Shown piece by piece: positions 9,148 to 19,831 of a DNA stretch of 41,928 nucleotides. Below the pieces are notes generated by a model. The model was given only the letters and a program-made list of their open reading frames with translations. It made no database searches and was not told where the DNA came from. How positions within the stretch are numbered: position 1 is the first letter of the stretch; each line of letters starts with the position of its first letter. This DNA comes from a virus. Its lineage: Duplodnaviria; Heunggongvirae; Uroviricota; Caudoviricetes. Made by a program: the position numbers and the translations under genes. The stretch lies in the IMG/VR virus record IMGVR_UViG_2648501336_000002; one strand, given 5' to 3'.

Positions 9148-9450
9148 TTACTCCGTTGATACCAGTAAATGACTGCGACCGCCCAGGTCAGTTTTCGTGG
9201 GATAATCCTGTGTGTTGTCATCGCAGACCACCAACAGCTTAAAACCAAGCCCCATACAGGCGTACTGCGCCAGCAGATCAGCGCCAGTGACGAGAGGAAT
9301 ACCGGAGATTACCGGCTCTCCTCTGTCGTTCTGCAGGTCCATAATCCAGTAAGGATCTCGCCATATGATGCTAATCCGCCAGGTGGCACCACCCAGGACG
9401 ATGCTGAACTGCTGGTTGTCCGCTGTCAGCGGAATTTCCTGAATTGTCAT
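9148..9450 (-). CDS. Tail protein (hypothetical)
   Basis: 100 aa, tightly packed in the tail operon. Confidence 0.35.
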   Translation of the reverse strand: MTIQEIPLTADNQQFSIVLGGATWRISIIWRDPYWIMDLQNDRGEPVISGIPLVTGADLLAQYACMGLGFKLLVVCDDNTQDYPTKTDLGGRSHLLVSTE

Positions 9451-10037
9451 TAGCCGCCCCCCAGTAATGACGCCACGTTACCCGTGATGCTTTTCAGCAG
9501 TGAAGTATCTGGAGGCTTTGTGGTTTTGTTGCCGCTATTCTGTACCGCCGACGTGCTGGCCCCTTCCTTCATGTTGGTTTTATCCGCGACGGTAATCTGC
9601 TGTGTCCGGGAGATAAGGACCTCCCTCAGGGTGAGGACGGCGGACAGGACGTTTTCGGTTGTCTTGTCCGTCGTCACTTCCAGCGCCCGGATCAACATGT
9701 TGCTGTACAGTCGTTTACCGGTTACCACATCGAAGGGGATACGGCTTTCCTGCAGATCCAGTAGCTCCTGATACGTCTGCTGAGGACTCAGGCCGAGCAG
9801 GCTGGTAGCCGTCAGATTACTGGCAAAATCCAGCAATGCGCCGCCACCGGCGAAACCAACCTCCATCACCACTTCTGACGGTTTTTTATAGGCATGATCA
9901 GCGACAGCGGCCCCGACCTCTACCGGATGCTCTGTTATTTCAAGCATATCTGTATGCTTCTCTGAAATAACAACACTGGGAACAATCATTCCTATTTTTC
10001 TGCTCTGCTGATGAAAAAGTGTAGAGAGAATATCCAC
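9450..10037 (-). CDS. Tail protein (hypothetical, possibly Mu gp43-like)
   Basis: 195 aa immediately downstream of the tape measure. Confidence 0.35.
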   Translation of the reverse strand: MDILSTLFHQQSRKIGMIVPSVVISEKHTDMLEITEHPVEVGAAVADHAYKKPSEVVMEVGFAGGGALLDFASNLTATSLLGLSPQQTYQELLDLQESRIPFDVVTGKRLYSNMLIRALEVTTDKTTENVLSAVLTLREVLISRTQQITVADKTNMKEGASTSAVQNSGNKTTKPPDTSLLKSITGNVASLLGGG

Positions 10038-12046
10038 TAACCCACCCTCACCTGATTACTTCGCATGACCTGAGCATTTGCAGACTGTTGCCGACGTGCA
10101 ACCTCATTACCGACAGCGTGCGGATCTCCGCCACCGTAAATGTGGTAAGTATTTTGCTGGTTAACCTCTGTCATTTTGCCACTAATTCCCGCCACGGCAG
10201 CCTTATTAATCAGCTCTCGAGAATAGATATTTCTTCCATTTTCATGCTGGATAATGCTGCTCATCAATGCTGACATGGTTTGCGGATCTCTCATATTCAG
10301 GGCAGCCCGGGGATCCACTCCCAGTCGTTGCGATACAGCCCTGATATACGCAGTTGTGTTGTTATTATCAGACGCAGGTGCCCAGGTAGAGATAATTTTC
10401 TCCACACTGTTTATTCCCCGTCCGGCGTACAGCATTAACTGACGAGCAAGAGCCCGTAATCCATCAAAGGCAGTTTCAAATCTGGCAAATCGCCCGCCCG
10501 GGCGTTCAAGAGAAGCCCCTGCCTGACCAGCAAAATTAAGGTTTCCCGGATTGTTATTCCGTTCTCCTCGTTTCGTAGCCTGTGCATGTTGTTCTGGCTC
10601 ATCATCACCAAACCAGCCGCGTACCGTCCGGCCCACGCTGCGGGGATCGAATCCCCAGTGCTCTTTAATCCAGTCGGCAGTACTGTTAGCGCTGTCTGTA
10701 ACCATCGGCATCGCTGACGGATTTTCGCTGCCCTGATTAAGTATCTGTTTGCCGATGCTGACGGCATCAGCCCAGCGGCCATCTTTGATAGCGTTGAGCA
10801 GGTCGGCGATCATGTTCAGCATTTTGCTGAATTCGCCCATCTGGTCGATGAATTTGCTGAAATCCCACTTCAGGGACCATGATTTGAGGTCAATATTGAG
10901 CAGTTTCGCCAGCGCTTTCACCAGGTCGTTAACGGTTGTTTTAAGGTCACGAACCATCTTCAGCGCGGCATCGACCTCCGGTTTCCACTTGCCCCAGTCA
11001 ATCAGGCTGTCGCCGCCTTCCTTCCAGGTCTGATAGTCCTCCCACAGGAGGGCAATCCCCGCCGCCAGCGCGGTAATGAGGCCAATCGGCGACATCCAGA
11101 ACGTACTGTTCAGAATGCGCAGCGCAATCGTCAGTGCGCCAAACAGCGAGATCAACTCCCGCGTTTGCTTATCCAGCGATTGCCACCAGGTGATAAGGCC
11201 TGATGTCCCCTCAATCAGTCTGAAGAACAGCCGCCCGATTATATCCCCGAGCGCCAGAATGCCTTTTATGGCTTTCGTCAGAGTCTGCTCGATGCGCGGG
11301 AAGTTGTCCAGGATATGGCGGCGCAGGGTGTCCAGCGACCCCGCAAGTCCACCCGCAAGATTAGAGCCGATTTTGTCACGGGCCATGCCTGCCATCGCGC
11401 TAAACTCACGCAGGGAGGTCATAAATTTGTTGGAGCTTCTGGCCGCCTCGTCAGCATTGAAGCCGATCGCTTTCACCATTTCTGAATACTGAGCGCTGAA
11501 CTGCCCCACTCCGCGACGCATAGCCATCAGGGTATTTTCGTCAATGCCCAGCATCTGCGCATACTGGTTAGCCCGGTAATACGGCATGCTGCTGAGTTTC
11601 TGTCCAACGCCCGTAAAGATAGCGGCCATGTCACGCATGTTACCGCTGGCATCACGGGTCTGTACGCCCAGGCGATTCAGAAAGCCTTCTGCACCGGGAT
11701 TGTTACGAATAAACCGGGAGAGGCTTTCCAGAGAAGATCGCGCAGCGTCCACGCTGCCGCCAACCTGCGAAACCGCATAGCCAATAGACTGAATTCCCTG
11801 GACTGTCGCGCCGGTGCGCTGTGACGCCCAGTAAAGATTATCCAGGCCGGAGGCGATCTTAGCCGTGAAGGCCACCACGGACAGCGCAGCTCCTTCAACA
11901 GCCAGCCCCATTTTGATGACATTTGCAGTTGTACCGGCGAGGACAGAACCGAACTTTTTCGCTCCTGCATCATCCACACTGAAGCCAAGCGAGACGAGGA
12001 AATCTTTAATAGTTTCAGCGTTCATTATCCTCTCTCCATTTCTCAA
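10037..12046 (-). CDS. Tail tape measure protein
   Basis: 669 aa, helical and Ala/Gly-rich with hydrophobic central segments. The track start at 12046 is a TTG; an ATG at 12025 (MNAETIK) is more likely. Confidence 0.7.
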   Translation of the reverse strand: MRNGERIMNAETIKDFLVSLGFSVDDAGAKKFGSVLAGTTANVIKMGLAVEGAALSVVAFTAKIASGLDNLYWASQRTGATVQGIQSIGYAVSQVGGSVDAARSSLESLSRFIRNNPGAEGFLNRLGVQTRDASGNMRDMAAIFTGVGQKLSSMPYYRANQYAQMLGIDENTLMAMRRGVGQFSAQYSEMVKAIGFNADEAARSSNKFMTSLREFSAMAGMARDKIGSNLAGGLAGSLDTLRRHILDNFPRIEQTLTKAIKGILALGDIIGRLFFRLIEGTSGLITWWQSLDKQTRELISLFGALTIALRILNSTFWMSPIGLITALAAGIALLWEDYQTWKEGGDSLIDWGKWKPEVDAALKMVRDLKTTVNDLVKALAKLLNIDLKSWSLKWDFSKFIDQMGEFSKMLNMIADLLNAIKDGRWADAVSIGKQILNQGSENPSAMPMVTDSANSTADWIKEHWGFDPRSVGRTVRGWFGDDEPEQHAQATKRGERNNNPGNLNFAGQAGASLERPGGRFARFETAFDGLRALARQLMLYAGRGINSVEKIISTWAPASDNNNTTAYIRAVSQRLGVDPRAALNMRDPQTMSALMSSIIQHENGRNIYSRELINKAAVAGISGKMTEVNQQNTYHIYGGGDPHAVGNEVARRQQSANAQVMRSNQVRVG

Positions 12047-12202
12047 TGCGTCGCTGGTTATCCGCTTTTACCGCCAGATGGTCATTCAAGAGAGCAATGT
12101 CATACAAATCGACAGAGCCATCTTTAAGTGCTGTATAAGGAATTAACCCGGCGTCAACCGGATTGAGAAGGTAGGACAGCCCGTCCGGCAGGCTGTTAAA
12201 CG

Positions 12203-12655
12203 TCAGCCCTGTTGCAGGCTCTGCGTCGTGCTGGTAAGGGGTGTAGGCAAAAAATTTCCCAGCGAATCGGCGACCACCCGCGCCACCAGCTGCAGCATGA
12301 CCAGCAAGTCAATATCATCAAACATCAGTTCGCCCTGGGTAAATACCGGCACCCATCTGTCCATATGACGCCGCGATACCACCGCAAGACAGGGATGAAT
12401 AATTGCATCGGTGTCATCTTCGGTCAGGGAAGACAGTTCCTCAGCGATACGCGGGAGCATGGTTTCAAACACCGGTTTTAACTGTTCGAATTTCACGGTG
12501 TCGATTTTGCCGTCAGCAGGCAAACGGGAGCGAATACTCCCGAAATCTGACATCATTCCTGCCAGCACCGGCAGAAGTTTGCGGGTCACTTTCAGCTGGT
12601 CAAAAACGCTGAGTTTTGCCGTGCGATATTTCACGCCTTTAATTTCGAATTCCAT
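12203..12655 (-). CDS. Tail assembly chaperone (G-like), with a probable -1 frameshift extension to 12015
   Basis: 150 aa directly upstream of the tape measure; slippery heptamer near its 3' end and an open -1 frame across the 156-nt gap. Confidence 0.6.
   Translation of the reverse strand: MEFEIKGVKYRTAKLSVFDQLKVTRKLLPVLAGMMSDFGSIRSRLPADGKIDTVKFEQLKPVFETMLPRIAEELSSLTEDDTDAIIHPCLAVVSRRHMDRWVPVFTQGELMFDDIDLLVMLQLVARVVADSLGNFLPTPLTSTTQSLQQG
12248..12254 (-). promoter_or_regulatory. Programmed -1 ribosomal frameshift slippery site (T_TTT_TTG)
   Basis: Zero-frame codons AAT TTT TTG; the -1 frame then reads AYTPYQHDAEPATGLTFNSL... for 77 codons to a TGA at 12017..12015. Confidence 0.5.
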
Positions 12656-12658
12656 GCA

Positions 12659-13099
12659 TTAAAACTCCCCGAGAACCTGGTCAATCTTGCCGCAGTCAAA
12701 CACCCACGGCATCGTATTACCGGTTTTAGCGTTGGCGTTATCCGGTTGTTTCTGGAACGCAACACTGCGTGCCGTGATGATGTCGCCGCTGACCTTGTTG
12801 CGGATCACGATAACGTTATTCCCCCATGTGGCAGAAGACTGGCTCTGTGCGTTATACGCCAGCGACAATTTTTTATTTGTCGGTGATGTCTTCAGAAGGT
12901 TAACGGTAATCGTCCCGCTTTTATCTGCATGGAGACTGTGCATCACTTCGCCATCAGCACCGATGGTCATGGTGTTTTTAGGACCGCCCATCGCAACCAC
13001 AATCCCCTCTTCAGAACTTGCAGAACCGTACCCGAGGTCAATCGAACCGGTCGGCCCGGTCAGCGTCGCAGTGACATCCATAAAAGAATAGGTAGACAT
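12659..13099 (-). CDS. Tail tube protein
   Basis: 146 aa between the sheath and the chaperone; contractile-tail synteny. Confidence 0.55.
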   Translation of the reverse strand: MSTYSFMDVTATLTGPTGSIDLGYGSASSEEGIVVAMGGPKNTMTIGADGEVMHSLHADKSGTITVNLLKTSPTNKKLSLAYNAQSQSSATWGNNVIVIRNKVSGDIITARSVAFQKQPDNANAKTGNTMPWVFDCGKIDQVLGEF

Positions 13100-13109
13100 T
13101 CACTTCCCC

Positions 13110-14255
13110 TTAGCGAACAACGTTAATCTGTACGTCAGCGTAATGAACCGCGCCTGCAAGTTTTATTGCAGCCTGAATCACCGGAGCCTTACGGGCTTCA
13201 CGTTCTGATTGTGCCTGTTCATCCAGCGGCTGGGCGTATACGTAATAACCTTTGGGCAGCGTGTCACCTGATGACAACTGACCAAGGTCGCCACCGTTCC
13301 ATACGCCCGGAGCAATCAGTCCATTCTGAACGGCCTGATCCAGTGATTTTTCAACATTTGATAACAGTCGGGTAATACCGGCTTCAGTCTGGGGAACTTT
13401 CGTGGTGCTGGTATAAAGCAGGTTATAGAGGTTGGTCTGCACATAATTCTGTAACCAGTCCAGGCCGTGGCGTTCATCAAAGAAATCGCCGTTAGCCATC
13501 ACTCCCTGCTGGAGGATAGCCGTATCATTCTGGTAGTACACGAATACATTGCAGTTTTTTGCATCAAGTACCGATGCCTGGCTGACGGTCAGTGTTTCAT
13601 ACCCGACACCCGGCTCCTGCTTAAACTTGAGCGTAATCGCGGTATTACTGCCATTGAAATTAACCGTGAATGCCCGGCCAAATGCAGATAACGCAGCGTA
13701 TTTATTACCCGATGAATACTGAATAAAACTGCGTGAATATCCGGCGGTTTTCAGTTTTGATGCCAAATCATCGCTGGATGCAGTCTGCAGGCATTTATCA
13801 TCGCTTGTCGTAATCGCCAGAATACGGCTTACAGAAGAGGATTCGATCGCCGCAGCCACTTTCAGCCAGTCTGCATTCGGAATATCTTCATCGTCTGCAA
13901 TCCCCAGCCCATACCATGAAGTATAATCGAGCATGGCATTCACAGCCTGCTCCAGCGTCTCAGGCGTGGCCTGTTCGCTGTCTCCCTTCGTTTTCACCCA
14001 ACGACCAACAAAAACCTCCTGAGTTTTCGGTGATTGAGAGAAAAACACCTGCGCAGCCTTATATTCTGGTGATTCCACGCCAAAATCTTTTCCAATATCT
14101 TCCGCGGCAGAATAACGGCGAATGCGCTCACTTACCGGAATGATTGTGGACGGGCCGAGAATGAGTAATGCACCAAAATTTCGCCCTGATGCTGCACGCG
14201 GCGACATGATCACATCAACATTAACAACGTTTGATACAGGCAAGCCCTGTGCCAT
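13110..14255 (-). CDS. Tail sheath protein
   Basis: 381 aa upstream of the tube gene; synteny. Confidence 0.55.
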   Translation of the reverse strand: MAQGLPVSNVVNVDVIMSPRAASGRNFGALLILGPSTIIPVSERIRRYSAAEDIGKDFGVESPEYKAAQVFFSQSPKTQEVFVGRWVKTKGDSEQATPETLEQAVNAMLDYTSWYGLGIADDEDIPNADWLKVAAAIESSSVSRILAITTSDDKCLQTASSDDLASKLKTAGYSRSFIQYSSGNKYAALSAFGRAFTVNFNGSNTAITLKFKQEPGVGYETLTVSQASVLDAKNCNVFVYYQNDTAILQQGVMANGDFFDERHGLDWLQNYVQTNLYNLLYTSTTKVPQTEAGITRLLSNVEKSLDQAVQNGLIAPGVWNGGDLGQLSSGDTLPKGYYVYAQPLDEQAQSEREARKAPVIQAAIKLAGAVHYADVQINVVR

Positions 14256-14258
14256 AGC

Positions 14259-14825
14259 TTAATCTCCGAAAAAGATGACTGGTGCTTCCACCAGCGATTT
14301 AATACCGTACTCGCGCACAACCTTCCGGCGCAGACGCACCGTCATATCGTAGCGGCGGACCCATTGCTGATTAATAAGTTCAGGGAAGGGAGTCAGACCT
14401 GTGTAATCGCCAAGAGACAGCCCCAACGCATTCAGTGCTGCATTGTTCTGCGGTACAGATATACCGTCACGAAACCGGGACGCATACACCATCCCCGCCG
14501 GTCCATAAAACGAAGCCATACACTCAATCGTTTCATGCCGCCAGAGCTGAGAGCCATCATCGGTCTGTCTGGTGAATGCCGGGCTGTCATCACCTGACCA
14601 TTCGATAACCCCAAACGCACACCAGTTCGTTTCAGCCGGTAGCAGTGGCGGCTGCTCTTTCTGCCAGCGCGGACGAACCATCCCGGCAGACAGACCGGAA
14701 ACGTTACGCATCCACTGGCTTAACAGCCTGTCGAGAGCTTCGTCATAATCCGGATCACCACTGGTTGGTATCAGCCATCCGAGCTCTGTACTGGTGTTAT
14801 TGCTCAACCGGAGTTCCCCCATCAA
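14259..14825 (-). CDS. Head-tail joining / neck protein (hypothetical)
   Basis: 188 aa between head and tail modules. Confidence 0.35.
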   Translation of the reverse strand: MMGELRLSNNTSTELGWLIPTSGDPDYDEALDRLLSQWMRNVSGLSAGMVRPRWQKEQPPLLPAETNWCAFGVIEWSGDDSPAFTRQTDDGSQLWRHETIECMASFYGPAGMVYASRFRDGISVPQNNAALNALGLSLGDYTGLTPFPELINQQWVRRYDMTVRLRRKVVREYGIKSLVEAPVIFFGD

Positions 14826-15186
14826 ACGGCATCAACTCACAATGCGCCTGAACGAATCCGGCCCCATAAGCTGTATACGGGTCGACGAAGGTCACACGAT
14901 AATCACGGCCCTGATACGTCACGATATCGGCATCACGCCCAGTCTGTCCCTGCGTCAGTCGCTCAGTCGTCACAATCAGAATTGCACCGCTGATTACCTG
15001 CCCTGCCTGCATACGGCGGTTTTCCAGAGAGCGATCAACAGTTACGACTCCGGCAAACTGCTTTTTAACTTCACTGTCGCTGCCGATTCCGTCCTCATCC
15101 ACCGTTTGCACACGGCGTGTTACCCACAAATTGAAGTCGCAAAAATCGGGGTCAAAAAGCACATCTGTTACATCAAGAGTCGGCAT
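14797..15186 (-). CDS. Head-tail connector protein (hypothetical)
   Basis: 129 aa; synteny. Confidence 0.35.
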   Translation of the reverse strand: MPTLDVTDVLFDPDFCDFNLWVTRRVQTVDEDGIGSDSEVKKQFAGVVTVDRSLENRRMQAGQVISGAILIVTTERLTQGQTGRDADIVTYQGRDYRVTFVDPYTAYGAGFVQAHCELMPFDGGTPVEQ

Positions 15187-15727
15187 CTTTATCCCTCACA
15201 ATATGGGTAATAGCTCTGCGATATTGCCCGGTATCAATTAATGGTTTCGCCAGTTCGGTTCCCGGAGATTCGCCAGCAGCACGCCGGGCAAGTTCCAGTG
15301 TTGCTCCCTTGCGCCCCCGACGAGCCCGGGCTTCAACAGTACTGTCAGCAAGCGGCGTAAAGCCGGTAATGGTCATGTAACGCCTGACGCCATTAACGGC
15401 CAGCGTTCCGGCACGGTTGAGTGCACTTTCTGCTCCCGCAGCATTACCATCAAGTGCAGCCTGCGCCGCGGTTTTTAGCTGCGGTACCGTCTGCTCTTCT
15501 GCCGATTTAACACCGGGGACCAGGTGAGGTCGTGGCGGGATGTTCTGCTCTGGTGAACCGTATTCGTTGAGGTAACCGATGCCCGCATTACCAAACGGAA
15601 CATCATCCCGCTCGCTGTCTTCCGAAGGGATGCCGACCAGCACATCTTTTTTGGTTAACGACCTGAGCGCATCCAGAATGGCCTTAGCGTTATCCACCCT
15701 CGTTGTTACACCGCTTTTGAAACTCAT
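15173..15727 (-). CDS. Head completion / virion morphogenesis protein (hypothetical)
   Basis: 184 aa; synteny. Confidence 0.35.
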   Translation of the reverse strand: MSFKSGVTTRVDNAKAILDALRSLTKKDVLVGIPSEDSERDDVPFGNAGIGYLNEYGSPEQNIPPRPHLVPGVKSAEEQTVPQLKTAAQAALDGNAAGAESALNRAGTLAVNGVRRYMTITGFTPLADSTVEARARRGRKGATLELARRAAGESPGTELAKPLIDTGQYRRAITHIVRDKDADS

Positions 15728-16131
15728 AGCTGGCGACCGCCTGCACCGAACATCGTGATCAACTGATAAAATTCAGCGCCATATCGGGTGTTATTCCAGA
15801 AACCTGCATCAGGATTCAGCGTCGCGCTGGTGTCATAACTGACGCTTACCTTATCCACGGACTTTGAGGCCTGAACACCATTGGTTGAACCGCCCGAACC
15901 ACCAGCCAGCATCGCCCGGCTGTCTGCCGCCCAGAGCGTCATGTAGTGCGCAACGAACAACCCGGCAAAGTACGGAAACAACTTTTTGCCGGTGACGTTT
16001 TCGCTCAGCAGTTCATCGGCCAGATTCAGACGAAACTGGATTTGCGCTTCGGGATATTTGGCAGGGTCAGCAAACTGCGGGAAGTCGCGGCGAAAATCAC
16101 TTACCGCTGGCAGACTTTGATTCTTTGGCAT
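15724..16131 (-). CDS. Head-tail connector protein (hypothetical)
   Basis: 135 aa; position after the capsid genes. Confidence 0.4.
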   Translation of the reverse strand: MPKNQSLPAVSDFRRDFPQFADPAKYPEAQIQFRLNLADELLSENVTGKKLFPYFAGLFVAHYMTLWAADSRAMLAGGSGGSTNGVQASKSVDKVSVSYDTSATLNPDAGFWNNTRYGAEFYQLITMFGAGGRQL

Positions 16132-16318
16132 TTTTTACCTCGTTACGCGCGTCTGTGGCTTTGCCAACGGATACTTCCGCGTGCGCACGAGTGAACCAGT
16201 GCGTGGCAACGTCTTCCTCCACAGCATGACGGCCTTTAACAAACTCGCGCCGAGAACCGTCGGGAAGCGTGAGCACAAACGGGGTATGTACGTGTATTAC
16301 TGCATCATTTTTTGCCAT
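16097..16318 (-). CDS. Small phage protein (hypothetical)
   Basis: 73 aa ORF between the capsid and connector genes. Confidence 0.3.
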   Translation of the reverse strand: MAKNDAVIHVHTPFVLTLPDGSRREFVKGRHAVEEDVATHWFTRAHAEVSVGKATDARNEVKNAKESKSASGK

Positions 16319-16359
16319 CGGGTCATCCTTAATGGCCCCGCCAGGGGGCCATGTGGCTG

Positions 16360-17301
16360 TTAAATGCCATCAACGTACGAAATGGTTTCTTTGTACACTG
16401 GCTCAACCGCACCCAGCTTGCCGTAGTAAGTGACGATCTGATACAGACCGCGATACTGCACCGGCACGCTCTGAAGCGGAACCAGCGGGTAGCGGACGTA
16501 TTTTTTATCGTTGGTGTACGCAACCATGCGATCCTTTTTCCCCACACCACGGCCTTTCAGCCATTTAACCGCGCGGATATTCAGCGGAACACCGTTCTGG
16601 TGATAGCTGATGGTGTTGGTCTGAAGATACGTCAACAGGGACTGGTTACCCGCAGATGAAACGATGATGCTGGACAACAGAGCAAACTGCTCAGGCGGGA
16701 TCAGCAAATCACGCGGAACCACAGAGTAACCGGAAGCGGCCCACGCATCAGACAGCACCTGGTTAATGCTTGCGCGGATTTCGTCCGGTGTTGAGGTTGC
16801 CCACGTTTTGGCAGCGTTGTTGACAGGCACGCCGTCCAGGGTAACAAGGCCTTTCAGGTTTAATGCAGAATCGCCAACATATACCTGTTCATCGTTATCC
16901 ATCTGCCATTTCAGTTGCATACCGTCATACTTCTGCGTATCAATCGGGCGGCCGACCTGCTGAGCAGCCTGCAATTCTATGACCGTCCAGCCAAGTTCCA
17001 TCCCCCACAGGTTCAGCGGGTTACCGGATTTGCCGATATCCACGTTCACGCCAGCAATAGCGGTTGAGTCTTTGCCTACCCAGTTTTTGCCATTCGGATT
17101 TGCACCAGTACCCGCAGCGGCGAAGCTGGTATTCGTCCAGCTGGAAATGTCATCTGCGATGGAGACATCTTCACGCAGTTGGATATCGCGGGTCCAGGTG
17201 TACCCCACCAGTGGCAGGTTCAGCGTCTGGTCGAGTCGCTCCAGCTCCCCGATGAGAAAGGCACCAGAGCTGTCAACGGTTGCCTGATCAAAAGTAATCA
17301 T
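16360..17301 (-). CDS. Major capsid protein
   Basis: 313 aa following scaffold and decoration-like genes; composition typical of capsid proteins. Confidence 0.65.
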   Translation of the reverse strand: MITFDQATVDSSGAFLIGELERLDQTLNLPLVGYTWTRDIQLREDVSIADDISSWTNTSFAAAGTGANPNGKNWVGKDSTAIAGVNVDIGKSGNPLNLWGMELGWTVIELQAAQQVGRPIDTQKYDGMQLKWQMDNDEQVYVGDSALNLKGLVTLDGVPVNNAAKTWATSTPDEIRASINQVLSDAWAASGYSVVPRDLLIPPEQFALLSSIIVSSAGNQSLLTYLQTNTISYHQNGVPLNIRAVKWLKGRGVGKKDRMVAYTNDKKYVRYPLVPLQSVPVQYRGLYQIVTYYGKLGAVEPVYKETISYVDGI

Positions 17302-17312
17302 TCGTCTGTTCC

Positions 17313-17819
17313 TTAAATCTTCCAGGAAATTTCTGCATTGCCGTCAGCATCACCGGCACCTGTGAATTCAGCGTTGGTCAGCACCACGTTTTTGCCACTG
17401 ACTGACGTGGCCATGAATCCACCCAGCGGCACTTTGATGGATTCATCAGTGGAGACGACAACGTATACCGGGTCGCCTTTTTTGATGGTGCTGACATCAA
17501 AATCAGAACCGAGATTAACGGTCACGTAGCCACGCTTCATGGCGTCGCCCGGGAAGTTCTTGCCACTCCCCACCTGGCGAACCATGTCCGGCTGCGAAGT
17601 GGTCGGATAAGGGCGCACGTAGATCCCCTTCACCTTGTCTGCGGTATCACCATCTGCCAGCGGCACGAAAAAACCGTCATCATCGTATTTACCAGCCAGC
17701 CCATAGGCAGCGAAGGCGTTATCGGATTTAAGGACCACCGGTTCGACGGTTAAGTCCTGCGGGCGAGAGACAGCCCCGGCAATGCCAACAGGCATCCGGT
17801 ACAGAAATACATTATTCAT
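17313..17819 (-). CDS. Head structural / decoration-like protein
   Basis: 168 aa immediately upstream of the major capsid gene. Confidence 0.4.
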   Translation of the reverse strand: MNNVFLYRMPVGIAGAVSRPQDLTVEPVVLKSDNAFAAYGLAGKYDDDGFFVPLADGDTADKVKGIYVRPYPTTSQPDMVRQVGSGKNFPGDAMKRGYVTVNLGSDFDVSTIKKGDPVYVVVSTDESIKVPLGGFMATSVSGKNVVLTNAEFTGAGDADGNAEISWKI

Positions 17820-17822
17820 TTT

Positions 17823-19043
17823 TTACCCTTTACGGTTTGCCCAGAATTCAGCGTTTTGTTTGTTCAGGGAAGCGATACTGGTCATGCCCATGTTTGGGCG
17901 CTGTGCATCGCCGGTGGTGGCGCGGGTGTTTCGCCCTTTGGCAATCTCAGACACGGCATTAAACGCCATGTCGACCGATTGTTTCGGCAATTTGCGGATA
18001 TCCGCATCACCGACTATCTGGCGAACCAGCGTTTTGTCAGCAGAAGACAGAACCTCGCGTTTGAACGCGGTCGGTTTCATCTTACGGCTCAGATCGATAC
18101 CCGGAACGATAACTTCAGCACGCCAGGCTGAGTCACCAGTAATCGTGGTTTCCTCTTCATCGTCCTCGCCGTCACCGGTCGGATTATCGTCAGGCTTATT
18201 GTCGTTATCGCCCGTGGCATTTCCGTCCAGCTTAGCCAGCAGGGCTTTCAGTAATGTTTTGAGGTCATCATCACTGTCGCCGGTTGGACCTCCACCCATC
18301 TCTGGTGCTTTGTCCGGTAGTGGTTGCTGCGGGGACAGGTTGATGTTGAGATTAACGCCCTGCGGCAAATCCCCCTCATCTCCTGTAACCGATGCGGGAG
18401 CCGACTCCACCAGTTCGTTCATGGTGTCAGCGTCACCCGTTTTGATGGCCGTGCGCATGCGGGTCCACCAGCTTTTCTTTTGATTTGCCATTGTGTCTCT
18501 GTCTCCAATTGCACAACGATTTCCGGCTCTGCCTTTAGGGACAAGAGCCACATGGTTTCCAGTAATATCGACCTGCTCGGCTTTACCTGGCTCGGTCTGC
18601 TCATACTCCGCGTCATAGCCGCACGACACTTCGCGCAGGCCATCTTCGATAAGCTGAATGGCGCTTTCGTCTTTGACGATAAGGTCAGCCAGCATCAAAT
18701 CAGACTGCTCACCCGTCCCGCGCCGGACATTCTGGAGGTGCCCGACAGCAAGCTCTTTCCAGTTCTCGGGATTTACCAGCCGCACATTCCCGTTTTCATC
18801 TTCAGGATGCAGGATCGTGATGCTCATCCCTTCGAATGAGGCAAGCGTGGCCGGATGGAATACCTGCTCAGGAGAACGTGTGACGACTATTTCACCGAAC
18901 TTATCGGGTTTCAGTTTTGGCAGGTCATCAGCACCATAGAGCTGCTTACCTGTTCGTCCTATCGGCACGTCTTTGCACAGCAACGAGCCGTCAGCCAGCT
19001 GATAGCGGGTTTCCCCCAGCCGGGTATTGAAAAAATATTTCAT
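17823..19043 (-). CDS. Prohead protease / scaffold-like protein
   Basis: 406 aa with a long acidic low-complexity stretch (DNDNKPDDNPTGDGEDDEEE), upstream of the capsid gene. Confidence 0.5.
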   Translation of the reverse strand: MKYFFNTRLGETRYQLADGSLLCKDVPIGRTGKQLYGADDLPKLKPDKFGEIVVTRSPEQVFHPATLASFEGMSITILHPEDENGNVRLVNPENWKELAVGHLQNVRRGTGEQSDLMLADLIVKDESAIQLIEDGLREVSCGYDAEYEQTEPGKAEQVDITGNHVALVPKGRAGNRCAIGDRDTMANQKKSWWTRMRTAIKTGDADTMNELVESAPASVTGDEGDLPQGVNLNINLSPQQPLPDKAPEMGGGPTGDSDDDLKTLLKALLAKLDGNATGDNDNKPDDNPTGDGEDDEEETTITGDSAWRAEVIVPGIDLSRKMKPTAFKREVLSSADKTLVRQIVGDADIRKLPKQSVDMAFNAVSEIAKGRNTRATTGDAQRPNMGMTSIASLNKQNAEFWANRKG

Positions 19044-19057
19044 GTGTTACCTGCGAT

Positions 19058-19831
19058 TCAGGCGGGATAAGAATGGGAGGAGGGAAAAACGATTTCTTTA
19101 TAACAGCGACAATTCGGGAGCTCGCCAGCGTGACCGGTCATGCCATCAAGCGTTGGAGGTTTGCCCCATTCGACAAATTTACCTTCCATTTCCCGATGAG
19201 AATGCCTGACGTCACCATCTTCGGCTGTACGCCAGATATAACCATTCGAACCAATTGACAGCGCACGTGCCTGATCCAGCGCGCCGGTTGCACGTCCAAG
19301 TTCAGTACGGGCAATCAGGTCAGCTCTGGACTTTGCTATATCACCCGATGCTGCAATTTCTTTAGCAAAATGTTCTGCTCTCCCACCGGTCACAACAGCT
19401 TCTATCGCCCGATTCTGGATGTCGTACACCCTGTCAGCCGCCTCGAGGGGGAGCGATTTGATGTACTTGACCTGTTCGGCGATGATGGATTGCATCACCT
19501 GCCCTGGCGGGGCACTGTTTACCAGATTGCGTAGCTCACGGCTGATGGTTTTGCTGTGTTTACGCCACTGCTCATCATTCTTGCGCACAATATCGGCGGT
19601 AAAGTTTTCCGCGACCTTTGTCGCCCAGGGGGTGATGATTTCACTGTAGCGTTCCAGCGCCTCAATAATTTCCGTGATACTGTCATTTGAACCATCGTAG
19701 TGACCATTTACGATGTCCCCGACCGCCCGCGCTATCCTGCGTAGGCTGGTTCGATACCGGATTTCCGCCTGACGGTTCCTGCGGTTCGTCATCAGGTTCG
19801 CCGATGCCGGGCGGCGCTTCATCTTCGGCAT
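19058..19831 (-). CDS. Head morphogenesis protein (Mu F / SPP1 gp7-like)
   Basis: 257 aa after the portal; the track start overlaps the portal gene by about 150 nt, so the true start is probably internal. Confidence 0.6.
   Translation of the reverse strand: MPKMKRRPASANLMTNRRNRQAEIRYRTSLRRIARAVGDIVNGHYDGSNDSITEIIEALERYSEIITPWATKVAENFTADIVRKNDEQWRKHSKTISRELRNLVNSAPPGQVMQSIIAEQVKYIKSLPLEAADRVYDIQNRAIEAVVTGGRAEHFAKEIAASGDIAKSRADLIARTELGRATGALDQARALSIGSNGYIWRTAEDGDVRHSHREMEGKFVEWGKPPTLDGMTGHAGELPNCRCYKEIVFPSSHSYPA

Noticed and set aside
12047-12202. 156-nt gap between chaperone and tape measure as an intergenic regulatory region
   Set aside because: The -1 frame from the slippery site is open across the whole gap, so it is better explained as the frameshift extension.
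17782-18483. 233-aa plus-strand ORF
   Set aside because: Antisense to the scaffold/protease-like gene; Ser/Pro-rich low-complexity translation typical of a shadow frame.
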